From Octopus bimaculoides (Eukaryota): 64,000 nucleotides of DNA. The notes beneath the pieces were generated by a model. The model was not told the DNA's origin, ran no database searches, and saw only the letters and a list, made by a program, of their open reading frames with translations. This document shows positions 1 to 13,354 of the stretch, piece after piece (the first letter of the stretch is position 1; each line of letters begins with the position of its first letter). The position numbers and the translations under genes were made by a program. The DNA lies in contig NC_068981.1 in the NCBI RefSeq assembly GCF_001194135.2, positions 159,745,958 to 159,809,957 of the forward strand, read 5' to 3'.

Positions 1-269
1 ACCCGGCAAGCCAAGTAAGATTGTTGCCAGTGCCCCTGGACTGGCTCTTGTGCGGGTGGCACATAAAAGACACCATTTCGAGCGTGGCCGTTTTCGTGCG
101 GGTGACACGTAAAAGCACCCACTACACTCTCTGAGTGGTTGGCGTTAGGAAGGGCATCCAGCTGTAGAAACTCTGCCAAATTAGATTGGAGCCTGGTGTT
201 GCCATCCGGTTTCACCAGTCCTCAGTCAAATCGTCCAACCCATGCTAGCATGGAAAGCGGACGTTAAAC

Positions 270-302
<33 letters not shown>
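1..302 (-). repeat. High-copy RTE-tail repeat (family 1), young copy
   Basis: Near-identical reverse complement of 27449-27850; other copies at about 5540-5720, 23574-23860, 26400-26590, 44000-44180, 52520-52850, 55549-56060, 60127-60268, 61737-61920 and 63420-63740. Confidence 0.9.
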
Positions 303-652
303 ACATACATGATGCAAAAACACCCTGGAGATAGTGAAAAATCAATAAAATAGAAATGAATAAATTATTCAATGAAAATTTAAGTCTTCTATTGAAGCTT
401 CTTAGTCCTCTAATAAAATATAAAGCCTTTTAACCTGCAACAACAGTGTTTAGAGACACTGGTTGTTCCAAGTGAAGATGTTACAAATCCTTTAGTCGGT
501 TGTATTTTATAGGTGGATGAGAATTATCTTGCTTTAAGCTTTTTAAACTCCCATACTACATTTTGCCAATTAAACAAGAAATATCCTTATTTCCCTTTCT
601 GATGGTCACATTGTAGATCATTTTCTATCAAGTATTTGAAGAGAGCACATAC

Positions 653-692
653 TTCCACTGGAGCAAGAAGACAAAAGGACAAGCTACATCAC
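653..692 (-). CDS. Gene C exon (G)DVACPFVFLLQW
   Basis: 40 nt; acceptor aattgtag, donor gtatgt; only one open frame (phase 1 to 2). Confidence 0.6.
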
Positions 693-1227
693 CTACAATT
701 TTATACTCAATAGAAAAAGAGAAAAAAAACGACTGATGCAAACACTTGTATAAAATAAACCTCAAAGATAAAATTTACTTTTTTCAAAAACAGAAAGCAA
801 ACAAATAATGAATAGCTGTAGCTGCCAGAAAATATCAATCAATAAACGCAATTACAAACATTGACTTAGTTCAAAAACTCTTGGCAACAAAGTATAAAAT
901 CAAAGCAAATGTTCAGCATCGAATTCCACCAGCTGAACTCAAAATTCAAGAGATCAAAAGCCAGTTTATTGCAATACTTCTTATATTTCAATTATTGTGA
1001 TACATTTTATATTGTGACACATCTTAAAAATTTGGAAAATAAAACTTTTATCAATTGATTCCATCAATTGCTACACTAAGTCTATAATAGTTTCTAGATA
1101 CATTAACTATAGACAAGAAAAAGGAGTTAACATATAGACCCATTCACAATATTAGGTATGTAGAAGGGAAGTGGTTGAGTAAAAATTTATTTTGACAACC
1201 TTTTAATAATTTCTGAATTCAAATCTA

Positions 1228-2462
1228 TTGGGTCATCCCATAAATAATGCAGTTTTTTTTATACTTCTTTTATTTTTCAAAATTAAGATAAACAGTTCTT
1301 TTTTAATTTAAAATATACTCTCCTTCATTTTCAACAATGCTCTTCTATCTATCTGGTAGAATTGCAAGGCCCCTCTTCCAAAATTCATGTGTCTGTGACA
1401 AGTTCTGACCTTGTCTACAGAATTCATATTTTTCCCGTCCAAATGGTTTTGAAGACTACAGAATAAATGATAATCAGATGGAGCAATGTCTGGCGAATAT
1501 GATAGGTGGGGCATCATTTCCCATTCAAACTGCTCCAGTGCCTTTGGAATGTCATCCTCACTGTATGTGGTCGAGCATTATTTTGAAACCAAAGATTGTC
1601 GTTTTTCTACTAGTGCTGACTTAAGCCACTCAAGCTGCTCGCAGACGATTTCTTTTGTTATCATTTGGTTTGAGTTTAAAAGTTCAAAGTGGATTAGACC
1701 TTTCATATCCCACCAAACAGATAACAGCACCATATGTGGGTGAAGACTTTCTTTAGCCTGGGGTGCTGGTATTTCTCCTTTCCTTACCCAGTCTTCAGTG
1801 CTTTTATAGAAAACCCATTTCTCATCACCACTCACTATTTAGTTAAAAAAAAGTTCATCAGTGAGATGTGACAGCAAAGAAGAGCACACATTCACTCTCT
1901 CCATGCGATTAGACTTGGAAAGTTTGTGAGGAACCCATTGACCAAATTTGCTGGCTTTTCTGATGGCACGCAGGTGTCGATGAATGGTTGAATGACCAAA
2001 TCCAAGCCCCTCTGCTAATTCCTCAACAGTTACAATGAGATTTTGTTCCACCAGGGTTTTCAGGACGTCTTCGTTGAGCTCTACAGATCTTCCACGACAA
2101 GATTCGTCTTCTAGGCTGTAGTTTCCAGCTCAGAATTTCTGAAACCACTGTTCACACTGGCTTACACTTATTGTCCAGTCCTCATATACTGCATTAATAT
2201 TCCTCACACTTTTCATTGCATTGTTGCCTTTAATGAACTCATAAAGCAAAATATGCCAAATATGCTCCTTTGTCACTTCCATTTATAGCTTTGAAAAAAT
2301 AACTGTTAAAATCAAACTGCACTCTTCAAAACTTGCATTAAGAAAAAGTACAAGGTAAAATTAATACCTGCTTTTATAGTTGATGCAGGTAGTTTATCCC
2401 ATTCCCCTCTGATTTTTAGTTCATGCAATTGAAAAAAACACATTATTTATGCGATGACCCAA
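1228..2462 (-). mobile_element. Full-length but degenerate mariner transposon
   Basis: TIRs ttgggtcatcccataaataatg / cattatttatgcgatgacccaa with TA on both sides; frameshifted transposase fragments WVPHKL, DEKWVFY, SYSPDIAPSDYHLF. Confidence 0.93.
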
Positions 2463-2557
2463 TATTTCAGGCATTAAATTGTTCTTGAGCAGAATACTTT
2501 ACTTTACATCACTTCAGTTCACTTAGCAGTAGGAAAGAGATCATCTGAGAATGTTAC

Positions 2558-2580
2558 CTGCAATAGACTGGCATTCTGTC
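2558..2580 (-). CDS. Gene C micro-exon (W)TECQSIA(G)
   Basis: 23 nt; acceptor acttccccag, donor CAG|gtaaca; phase 2 to 1 links 3189-3210 to 653-692. Confidence 0.55.
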
Positions 2581-3188
2581 CTGGGGAAGTTTTATTGAAG
2601 CCAAGCACCAGCTCTTTAAAAACACTTCAGAGCTCAAAAAGCATTTACGTTTTATATTTACAATAGTAAACATAGTTATAATAAAGTGGGAAAAAAGCTA
2701 AACAGATTTTGACAATAATTATGACCTGCTTAAAGTGAGTGGTTTCACATGCACTAATTAAATTTCATGTCATCTGAATATCACTTGTGTCACATGAAAT
2801 GATAATGTTCCATATAAAGAAATTTGAGAAATAATTTAAGTTTGGTTAAGTTATGCTCACTCCTATAAGATAGTGAAATATATTCTAAAATTCTATGGAG
2901 GAAAAACATAAAAAAAGAATCGGTTAAATAACCAACCTTAAAGGACATTTAACAAAAACAGCCTTTAAAAAAAACCAAGAAAAAAATTAGGAACAATTAA
3001 GCTGAATAAAACTGTTAGAACAAAAAAAAAATACCAATAAATAACAGATTCTAGCAAAGTGATTATCAATGTGGATCTTTTATGATTTGAAACCAGTCAA
3101 TAAAAAAACCAAGGTTAACATAACAAATTAAAAGAAAGTTTATACAGCCAGCTATTAAATAGCTCAGGCTGACATTTGTAAAGCCTAC

Positions 3189-3210
3189 CACGTTAATCTG
3201 GTAAAATCAA
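3189..3210 (-). CDS. Gene C micro-exon (I)DFTRLT(W)
   Basis: 22 nt; acceptor tttattttgtcttccag, donor gtaggc; only one open frame (phase 1 to 2). Confidence 0.6.
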
Positions 3211-3370
3211 CTGGAAGACAAAATAAACAAATCTATAAAACATTCCTGGCTCTTTATAACATATAACTAACAACAACATTGGAATATAACCCCTGCCTAG
3301 CCTGTGGCAAGTTATTCTTTAGATAAAATATTGAGGAATTGCATAGAAGTACTACTCTTGAACACAGATC

Positions 3371-4612
3371 GGATCTTTTCAATTTGATGGCCAGATTTTT
3401 TAATTAATTTTTTTTAATTAAACACTTTGAAACTTTGGATATTGGTAGAATGTGTCACATAGAACAGGGTTTACTCTTAACATTTTGGACAAAATTTTGT
3501 ATTTTAGAAATTATTTCGTGTTAAAGTTGTCGTATTTGGGTAATTTTAACCAATCAATGACATGTATTCAGCTGAAGAGAATTACTGCTGCTGCTGCTTG
3601 CGAAAAACAACTTCCGGGTCCACTCCCCTAACAAAACCCTTCTTTAATAACCTGAGATGTTTTTTATAGCAACATAGGTTTGCTGTATCAGGGTTGATTT
3701 GAGGCTAAATAACAACAAAATTATTACTGAGACAGACCAATGACAGAGCCTGTATATGGTAGCATGACCTGCTAGAAAAAGTAGCCAAACTTTTTTTATA
3801 CACAGAATAGAAAAACCTCTATCCTGTGATATACACTTAGAGTCCATTACGTCTGAGAAGAAAGACCGAATGGTTACAGTTGGGATGTCTTTGATCATAT
3901 CTGTTCAATCAGATCCAACTCAGGACTAAACAACAAGTGACGAAGGAAACGAGACGAGGAAACGAGAGAGCCTTTACCTGGTCACTCAAGTTGCTAGAAA
4001 GATCAACCAAATCTTCCTGACAAAAAGAAAAATGTAATTTCTGTCTTCAAGAAAACAAAAATAATGCAAGCTTATATTATTTTATAATAGTCGCTTAGGA
4101 ATTCATTACTTCTAGAAAAGAATAAGACAAAATAGTCATGGCTGGAATACCTTTTCTCACAGATCTATCCTGTGGTTAAAACAATATTCTTCACTGAAGC
4201 AGCTAAAGTTAAAGAAAAGTCGAAAGAATAAAAGATAGCAAGTATGAAACTTCGGATACTGGTTGAATGTGACAGAGGTCTTACTATTCTGTATATAAAA
4301 AAAGTTTGGCTACTTTTTCTAGCAGGTCTTACAACCACATTAAAGAAGGGTTTTGTTAGGGAAGGGGACCCGGAAGTTGTTTTTTGCAAACAGCAGCAGT
4401 AATTTTCTTCAGCTGAATACATGTCATTGATTGGTTAAAATTACCCAAATACAACAACTTTAACATGAAATAACTTCTAAAGTACAAAATTTTGTCAAAA
4501 ACGTTAAGAGTAAACCCTGTTTGATGTGACACATTCTACCAGTATCCAAAGTTTCAAAGTGTTTCGTTAAAAAAATTAACTAAAAAATTTGGCCATCAAA
4601 TTGAAAAGATCC
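3371..4612. mobile_element. Non-autonomous DNA transposon with about 280-340 bp TIRs and an 8-bp TSD
   Basis: 3371-3645 is the reverse complement of about 4340-4612; termini GGATC...GATCC; flanks cacagatc / caaagatc. Confidence 0.8.
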
Positions 4613-4651
4613 CAAAGATCATTGAAAAACTAAGTAAATAAACATCCTTAC

Positions 4652-4667
4652 TCAGTTTCAGTCTCAA
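4652..4667 (-). CDS. Gene C micro-exon LRLKL(I)
   Basis: 16 nt; acceptor ttattttttattctag, donor gtaagg; phase 0 to 1. Confidence 0.55.
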
Positions 4668-5185
4668 CTAGAATAAAAAATAATCTCAAAAAGAAAAAAA
4701 AAATCTATTTATGAAAATTAATATTTTCCTTTGGTGTGTCATTTCATAAGGAGGCTCTGTTACTTGATGTTTGGCCTGAACACTACATCTTCTAATGGTG
4801 TTATTCAAAACAAAGAGAATTCAAGACATGACAATCCTATATTTTCTTTTAGGAATACTGTACCACAGCCCAGTAATTCTCCGAATGACAAATACCACCC
4901 CTGCCCCATCCTTACAAAAAAAAAAAAAATGAAAATCTTTTGTCCGACTCCCTTTAGAGAGCAGAATAGAGTTTCCATCCTTGTAATTCTTGCTTAGTTA
5001 TGAGATTGGGCATGTTTAAAATTTTTTTAAACTATACAAATTAAATTACAGAAAGAAATTTGTCCTGCACCTATTTTCAATCTCCCTATATGGGACACTG
5101 TCTCAGGTTACATTATCCAATCTGGCTTGGTTGCCATTTCTAGCAGGTTGAGCAAACATATAAAGGCTGCTTCCTTAGTCCATAC

Positions 5186-5243
5186 CTTTAATATTTTACC
5201 GAGATGTAGACTAAAGAGATCCCATCTGCTGTTTGTTGGTCTA
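5186..5243 (-). CDS. Gene C exon RPTNSRWDLFSLHLGKILK
   Basis: 58 nt; acceptor ttttgcttcattgaaag (alternative at 5225), donor AAG|gtatgg; phase 2 to 0. Confidence 0.5.
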
Positions 5244-5755
5244 CTTTCAATGAAGCAAAATATACGCTTCTTATTGAAAACCATAATGACAACATAGCTC
5301 AGGTACATTTACCATGCATGGTAGGGTATTCTGCTTTGTTTATAAATTCTTATTTCAGATTGTATGGTCTCCTAGACTGGTTGCAGTATTAGGAACAATA
5401 TGTCTGTTGAATGAAAACTGGCAGAAGAAAAAGATCAAGAAGAATAGGAGAGAGAAGATGAGTCAGTCTAGTTACTGGAAAAATCAAGATGAATCAAATA
5501 ATAGGAATTAAAACCTATTATCTAATGCAAAATTACTGTACCAGTGGTACGTAAAAAGCACTCATGCTGGTGCTACATAAAAGCACCCAGCACACCCTGA
5601 AAAGTGGTTGGCATTAAGAAGGGCATCCAGCCATAGAAATCACACCAAACCAGACTGGAGCTGGGTGCAAACTGTCCAACCTATGCCAGCATGGACAATG
5701 GACATTTAATGATGATGATGACGTGTGTGTGGGTGTGCATGTGAGTGTATATGTA

Positions 5756-5791
<36 letters not shown>

Positions 5792-6700
5792 CAATTCATA
5801 CCAGCTTGGAAAATGAATGTATGATGACGATATACTGCTACGGGCATGGCTGTGTAGTTAGGAGGCCTGCTTCTCAACCACATGGTTCCAGGTCCAGACA
5901 CTCTATGCAGGACCCTAGGCAAGTGTCTTTCTCTAAAGACTACGGTTGACCAAAGCTTTGTGAGTAGATTTGGTAGATAGAAGCTGAAAGAAACTGGACA
6001 TGTATGTGTGTGTGTGTATTAGTATACCCATGTCTTGTCATGTGATGGTTGTAAGGGAGTGTTACTGTCATACAATGTAGTTCATTTCAAGTCTTCTGTG
6101 AAAAACTTGTCTGGCCATGGGGAAATATTGGCTTCAAATTGTGACACAAGGCCAGCAAATTTGTGGGAGGGAGTTAACTCAATTACATTGACCACAGTGT
6201 TCAACTGGTACTTATATTATTCACCTTAAAAGGATGAAAGGCAGTATTTGAGCCCAGAATGCAAATATGGACAAAATGCCACTTAGCATTTTGTCTGGTG
6301 CAGTAATTATTCTGCTGGTTTGCCACCCTGACCATGGCAAAATATTACCTTACTTGGAAACAGATGAGGATCGGTGACATCCAATGAAAAAAAAGTTACC
6401 TTGGCAAATTCTATCTGACCCATACAAGCATAGAAAAGTGAACACCACAACTATGATGTCACACACACATGTACATAAGAGCAATGGATTGGTATAAACA
6501 TTTGAGCTTAGAACAAAATTCTTTACAATGTATTTAGTTTCATACTTTTATGTTTAATTCAAATACCACAGATGTCAACTTTGCCTTTTACTCAGCTGAA
6601 ATTAAAGAACAAAATACCAGTCAAGTACCAGATTGGTATAACCAACTGCAGATTAGTTGGCATGTTGTTTAGTAATGGGCAATTGCTGAATATTGTTTAC

Positions 6701-6748
6701 CAACAGAGGTCTAAAGACACTACATCCAAAAGAATGCATAACAGTTGC
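6701..6748 (-). CDS. Gene C candidate exon QLLCILLDVVSLDLC
   Basis: 48 nt; acceptor gccctcag, donor gtaaac; phase 2 to 2 fits the chain, but another frame is also open. Confidence 0.35.
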
Positions 6749-6774
6749 CTGAGGGCATTATGTTACTCAATATA

Positions 6775-8235
6775 TCTATATATATAAAAATGAGAATGTG
6801 TGTCTGTCTGTCTGTGTGAATCCCTAAAACTCGAGAACTACGCAACCAATTTCATTCAAATTTTACACATGCCTTACTTCGGGTTCCAGTTGTGTTTTAG
6901 TAAAAAAAAATTATTAACTTCTTGCAGAGTTCGAGCACACAGCAACATAATATCTCCTCCACTATTTAAGTATTACGTGTCAAAAGTGAAACAAAAACAC
7001 TCATGTCAAATACTTTCACTTTAAAAATGAAACTATTCCACTAACTGAAACAATCACATTTCGATACTGTAGTGACAGATACTTTCACAGAGAGAGAAAG
7101 AGAGAGACAGAAAGAGAGAGAGAGAGAGATGTATATGTATACATATNNNNNNNNNNNNNNNNNNNNNNNNNNNNNNNNNNNNNNNNNNNNNNNNNNNNNN
7201 NNNNNNNNNNNNNNNNNNNNNNNNNNNNNNNNNNNNNNNNNNNNNNNNNNNNNNNNNNNNNNNNNNNNNNNNNNNNNNNNNNNNNNNNNNNNNNNNNNNN
7301 NNNNNNNNNNNNNNNNNNNNNNNNNNNNNNNNNNNNNNNNNNNNNNNNNNNNNNNNNNNNNNNNNNNNNNNNNNNNNNNNNNNNNNNNNNNNNNNNNNNN
7401 NNNNNNNNNNNNNNNNNNNNNNNNNNNNNNNNNNNNNNNNNNNNNNNNNNNNNNNNNNNNNNNNNNNNNNNNNNNNNNNNNNNNNNNNNNNNNNNNNNNN
7501 NNNNNNNNNNNNNNNNNNNNNNNNNNNNNNNNNNNNNNNNNNNNNNNNNNNNNNNNNNNNNNNNNNNNNNNNNNNNNNNNNNNNNNNNNNNNNNNNNNNN
7601 NNNNNNNNNNNNNNNNNNNNNNNNNNNNNNNNNNNNNNNNNNNNNNNNNNNNNNNNNNNNNNNNNNNNNNNNNNNNNNNNNNNNNNNNNNNNNNNNNNNN
7701 NNNNNNNNNNNNNNNNNNNNNNNNNNNNNNNNNNNNNNNNNNNNNNNNNNNNNNNNNNNNNNNNNNNNNNNNNNNNNNNNNNNNNNNNNNNNNNNNNNNN
7801 NNNNNNNNNNNNNNNNNNNNNNNNNNNNNNNNNNNNNNNNNNNNNNNNNNNNNNNNNNNNNNNNNNNNNNNNNNNNNNNNNNNNNNNNNNNNNNNNNNNN
7901 NNNNNCCTGCTTCTCACATGGACAACTGTATGTTGGCTGCTCAAGAGTGGGCAGCAACAAAAAACCTATTTGTATATGCTCCACAAGGGAAAACAAGGAA
8001 CATAGTTTACAATGAGGTGTTATAATCACAACAGCAAGAAAGTATGTATATGATCACCTTCTTTTACGAAACTTCATTGGCTTTCATATATTTATATTGA
8101 TATACATATATATACGTGTGTTTGGGTGCGTGTGTGTATATACATCTCTATATATAAAGATGATGCGTAGTCTAGACGGCGTTTTTAGATTTCATTATTC
8201 TCTTTAACCTGGGCAACGCCGGGTATTTCTGCTAG
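6775..8235 (+). mobile_element. Helitron remnant(s) spanning an assembly gap
   Basis: A|TC 5' end at 6775; helicase C-terminus CFSHGQLYVGCSRVG, then a 1-nt shift to KNLFVYAPQGKTRNIVYNEVL* (7907-8025); 3' hairpin cctgggcaacgccggg and CTAG|T at 8232-8236. Confidence 0.85.
7147..7905. other. Assembly gap; others at 11994-12003, 29759-29847, 43069-43994, 45851-46123, 55818-55827, 57752-57761 and 61433-61736
   Basis: N runs, mostly abutting microsatellites. Confidence 1.
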
Positions 8236-9225
8236 TATATATATATATTTGTATAGGTTGTGTGGTTAAGAAATTTCCTTCACAACCACATAGTTCCATG
8301 TTCAATCCCATTATGTGGCAGGGTGTGAAAGTAGCTTCTACTATTGGAGTTGACAAATTCCTCAACAGTTGAATTTGGTAAATAGAAACTGTGCAGAAGT
8401 CCATTACATACACACATATGCACACATGCATGTGTGTGTGTATATCATATCATTTTAATGTCCAATTTTCCATGCTTACATTAGGTTAGATGGAATTCAA
8501 AGAGACAGGTTTTCTGCAGCCAAACACTCCTCCTGTCACTAACACTTACCTATAATCAAGCCAGGTAATATTTCTCTATGGTCAAACATGTTTTACATGG
8601 AAAGCTGGAAATGAACACCATCACTTTTATGATGGTGATGCTCTTTTAACAACCATCACATGATGCCAAAACAAGGAAACGCATGCACACACACACACAC
8701 TAATATACGATAGATTCTTCAGCTCTTAGCTGCCAAATTGACTCACGAAGCTTCAGTCAGCCTTGAGCTACTGTAGAGGACATTTGTCCACAGTACTACA
8801 CAGATGGAGTGAACCTGAAATCACTTGGTTAGGAAGCAAGCTTGTTAACCATACAGCCACACCTACACACACACACACACACATATATATTACGGAGATG
8901 TACTTACATAGCAAAGTGACCTGATCTGCGATCGTGTGCTGGAACTAAAACAATTGCAGTGTGGAAAGGTGTTTATAAGCCATTTAAGAAACACACAAAC
9001 ACCGTTAGATTCACTTCAACATTTAAATGTAATTTGCCAAAATATTTTCGTCGCTTTGAGACCGTGACCTGTTCACAGAATTTTGTCAGTGAACAGGTCA
9101 GTCTCAAAGCGATGAAAATATTTTGGCAAATTAAGTTTAAATGTTGAAGTAAATCTAACAGTTTTTGTGTGTTATTTTAAATGACTTATAAACACCTTCC
9201 ATGCTGCAATCGTTTTTGTTGTTGT

Positions 9226-9273
<48 letters not shown>

Positions 9274-9497
9274 CCTATGTTCATATATATGAGTTTGCAA
9301 ACAAGTACATTATAAAAGAAGAAAAAAAACTAGATAGGGATAGATGCAAAAACAACTTGTCTTGACACTATCAGAAGGAAAATGGGAACAGAAAGTTGTA
9401 AAATGATAACTTTTTGAAAGCCAATCTCAATTTTGCCAGTATGAAAAAAAAAATTATGTAATACAAGCATTAAAAATCCCATCAGCTGCTTACATAC

Positions 9498-9661
9498 TTG
9501 GTAGGTAGCCAGGTTACTAAATAGGGTTTCTGAAGTTTGTCTTACATATGCAGAAATCATTTCACAAGTTTGTACCCTCCACATTCTCAGTGCTGTTTAC
9601 TTACGTTTTTTGAGGGTATTTTTAACTTCGAGGGGCAGTGCCACCACCATTTGTAAGGGCC
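9498..9661 (-). CDS. Gene C candidate exon pair 9605-9661 (57 nt) and 9498-9529 (32 nt), separated by a 75-nt intron
   Basis: Donors gtaagt and gtatgt, acceptors tagtctcag and aacttcag; frame ambiguous (GPYKWWWHCPSKLKIPSKN/KPYLVTWLPT or PLQMVVALPLEVKNTLKK/QTLFSNLATYQ). Confidence 0.4.
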
Positions 9662-11391
9662 CTGAGACTACTAAGGGTGAAAGAATGAAAATCACAACTC
9701 ATAGGTAACCTATGTAACCTGAGTGTTGGATAGAGAACATAATCTGCAGCTCAGTTTAATACCACTGCTTGTCACCTTGAGTGCATTAGGAAAAGTCTAC
9801 TCAGTTGCAAATGATCAGGTCAGGTTTCCAGTTTGAAGATACTTTCCTCCATCCCTTCCACAAATTTTAGAGGGCCTGTAAGCAGCTGTCCCCAACCATT
9901 TTTGCACCACAGACCAGTTTTCATGCATGACAAAACACATTGAAGTGTATAATATATAATTTAATTATTACATATATAGGTGCAGGCATGGCTGTGTTGT
10001 AAGAAGCTTGCTTCTCAACCACATGGTTCCAGGTACAGTCCCAAGGCATGGCACCTTGGAAAAGTGTCTTCTACTATAGCCTTGGGCCAACCAAAGCCTT
10101 GTGAATGGATTTGATAGTTGGAAACTGAAAGAAGCCCATCATATACATATATACGTATATATATTTATGTGTGTGTGTCTTTGTTCATCCCCCACCATCA
10201 CTTGACAACTGATGTTGGTGTGTTTATGTCCCATAACTTAGTTCGGCAAAAGATACCGATAGAATAAGTACTGGGCTTACAAAGAATAGGTCCTGGGGTC
10301 AATTTCTTAGACTAAAACCCTTTAAGGCAGTGCTCCAGCTTGGTTGCAGTCAAATGACTGAAACGTGTAAAAGAGTAAACGAGAATGCTAAAACACTCTG
10401 CAGACAGCCTTAATCAGTAACAAAAGAAATAAAATTTTTAAATTCATCCTTTCTGTGCATTCCAGTACCATGACTTGGTATTGGTCTGCAGCCCAGTAGT
10501 TGGAGAAACCTGTGTAAAAAGTCACATGCATTGTTTTCCCACCTGACTAAAAGGTAATATACATGTTGTGGGATTAGTCCTACAGAATTCTTACACAGTC
10601 ATGCACAGGGTTTGGATCACACTAAGGCTATGATAGAAACTACTAGTCAGTAACATCAAACCTGGAACCATGTGAATTATGCAAACTTCTCAATCACATG
10701 ACCATACCTGTACCCCATGCAATCATTACCAATATGTAGCCTTGCATGTGTAAGTAAACACAGTAATGTCTGAATGTATCTCAGTATAAGTGGTGAGCAT
10801 ATTCTTTTCTACTCTAGGCACAAGGCCCAAAATGTTTGGGAAGGGGGCCAGTCGATTAGATCGATCCCAGTATGCAACTGATACTTAATTTACTGACCCC
10901 GAAAAGACAAACAGCAAAGTTGACCTCGGCAGAATTTGAATTCAGAACATAGCAACAGGCGAAATACCGCTAAGCATTAAGAGGTGAGCTTATTGGCACC
11001 AAATATTTTCTCTCAGTTTGTCTCTGGTTCATGTGAATAGGGTGGAGAGGGTCTATGAGATGACATGCAAGCCTTAATGGACTTAAATTCCGCACAGGCA
11101 TTGCTGACTATTTTGCATGGGCTGCATTGAACTTGATTCAACCAAGCCTCTACATTGTTATATAAACCAAATCATTTTCCTGGTATTCAGAATTCCTATA
11201 TATTGTTACTTAGCTAATTATTTCCCATTATTATGTAGTCAGGTTTATGACATGACACTGTGCCACTTAACCTCCGAGCTAATTTAGAGAGAGAGAGGAG
11301 AAAAAATAGCTGAAGATATAGCTCAGTGAGATCTGAGTGTTATATATAACTAAGCATAACAAAACAATTAAAATCAATAACAATTACTCAC

Positions 11392-11419
11392 TACTTGGAA
11401 GGCCTTAATCTTCAGTAAA
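11392..11419 (-). CDS. Gene C candidate micro-exon LLKIKAFQV
   Basis: 28 nt; acceptor gttttctag, donor gtgagt; only one open frame (phase 2 to 0). Confidence 0.4.
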
Positions 11420-11727
11420 CTAGAAAACTATCATTCGTTTACTGCTTAATATAACTAGATGTATAGTCTACCTTGTAAGGAGCTGTTGCTCCACAAAAAA
11501 ATATATATATTTTAAGAACTACATATTTACTATCAGAATTTCTAATGAGAATGTTATAATCCTCATGCATCCACTATATACACATCGTGTGTGTGTGTGC
11601 GTGCGTGTTTATGTCAAGTTGGGAAAATTTAACATTAAACTGATTAGTCCATACTTTTTAATTTAAGTCTTACAAGGAAAAGGTTGATAGTGACTTCGAA
11701 GTCTTCGTCGTGTGTGTGTGTGGGGGG

Positions 11728-11932
11728 GGGGGCTGAAAAGTCCCTGGTTCTAAGGGTCTCGCGAAAGGCCTGGTTGGAGGCCCAACTTTCTGAGTTCTTT
11801 TACAAGGCTAAGAAAAACTGAATGACTACTGCAATAAGTGTGTGAACCTGAGAGAAATATGTTGAATAAAATCATAACTGATCCTCCTGTATGTTTTCTT
11901 TTACCCAAAGCTAGGAACTTTTCAGTACCCCC
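11728..11932 (+). mobile_element. Mariner-derived MITE
   Basis: Imperfect TIRs gggggctgaaaagtccctgg / ctaggaacttttcagtacccc; internal relic of a transposase end (aagtgtgtgaacctgaga..atatgttgaataa). Confidence 0.65.
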
Positions 11933-11971
<39 letters not shown>

Positions 11972-12431
11972 CTTCTGCATTGTGCAGTAGGCTNNNNNNN
12001 NNNCTGCATTGTGCAGTAGGCTACAGAAACACCCATCGTCTTCTCTTTTTTTTTTTTTTTTTTTGCTTTTTTAACTGTGACGTGTACTTCCTTTGGAACC
12101 GTTTTTTACAGCTACAGACAGTTGCATTAAAAGTCTGTATTAATCACAAAATATAAACGGTAAGCATTTGCTCGATATGTCAGTTAAGTATCGACCCAAC
12201 CAGCTGTGACTTCTCAATGACACATACGTGCCTACCCTTAATATAGGGAATCCCAAGAGCTACATGCCGAGCGAGGTGTCACCCAAATAACCTGTAGTAC
12301 AATGGTCATGAGAATGTTAAGACGAAGCAGAAACATTGATACGCCTACGCGCGACATTCGGATCATTAAATAAACTCATAGGTATCGTAAATCTATCGAG
12401 GACAGCCACTTTATCTAATCGTCGGTATTAT

Positions 12432-12464
<33 letters not shown>

Positions 12465-13354
12465 CACAGACAGCAGTTTACATAATACACATTTTAATTA
12501 ACTTATGCTAAAACATGCAAGTATAACAAAACGCATTTTGCATTCAATTCAGACGGTAGGCAGCCAACGATAATATATATTATATACACAAATATGATAA
12601 TAACTATTATAGATATGTAGAGCAATCGTACGATATTAAAGCTTGTCCAGTCTCATGTATTAACTTCAGGCAAAATAAATATGTAGTCAAAAGCTGCTTC
12701 TTGTGTTGCTGATGTGTACGTTTTTTGTTTTTGTTTTTATTTTCTATTTTGTTATTTTTTACAGAAAACTGAAACCGAAATAAAACAGGCGAATGTGCGA
12801 GTGTTATTCTTGCCACGCTGTCAGTAACAAGTAGAACTTAATCTAGCCAACGTAGAAGCCACAATGTGGTTGCATGAGCTGCTAGAGATGGTAGCCAAAT
12901 TCTCTCAAATCACACCGTATTGTTATAGAAAAGGACACGTTGGATTATGTGACCCTGGGTTCCTAGTACAGAGGAAAAAGTGAGAACAGTTACCGCTGGA
13001 AAACCGTTAATCCAAAGATAAGAGCTGACCTAGGGCTTAACAACAACGAGAATTAAACGAAGCCATAAAACAACTTAAGAGCGAGTTCAAGGTAACAAGT
13101 GACGACAACAAAATAACTGGGAACTTGACATGGTCGTTCGACCTGCTAGAAATAACAGCCAAATATCAACTATATCACACATCATAATTTTTTTTATAAA
13201 AAAAAGGTAGGACACATTGGTTAATGCAATCCTAGAATACCCTCAAAAGCAAAAAGTGGGGATGGTCACGAATGGAATACTTTTTTTTCATTGGAGGTCT
13301 AACTGGATTAGGAGAGAGTTGGCATGCAGATAAACACACAAGTGAAGTACTTAC

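Noticed and set aside
7054-8029. Long ORFs of 296-369 aa here and at 42991-44153, 45735-46130 and 61348-61781
   Set aside because: They are open only because they run through N gaps
11472-11482. 11-nt exon that would complete the gene C phase chain
   Set aside because: It needs a 52-nt intron and has only a moderate donor; too likely to be chance
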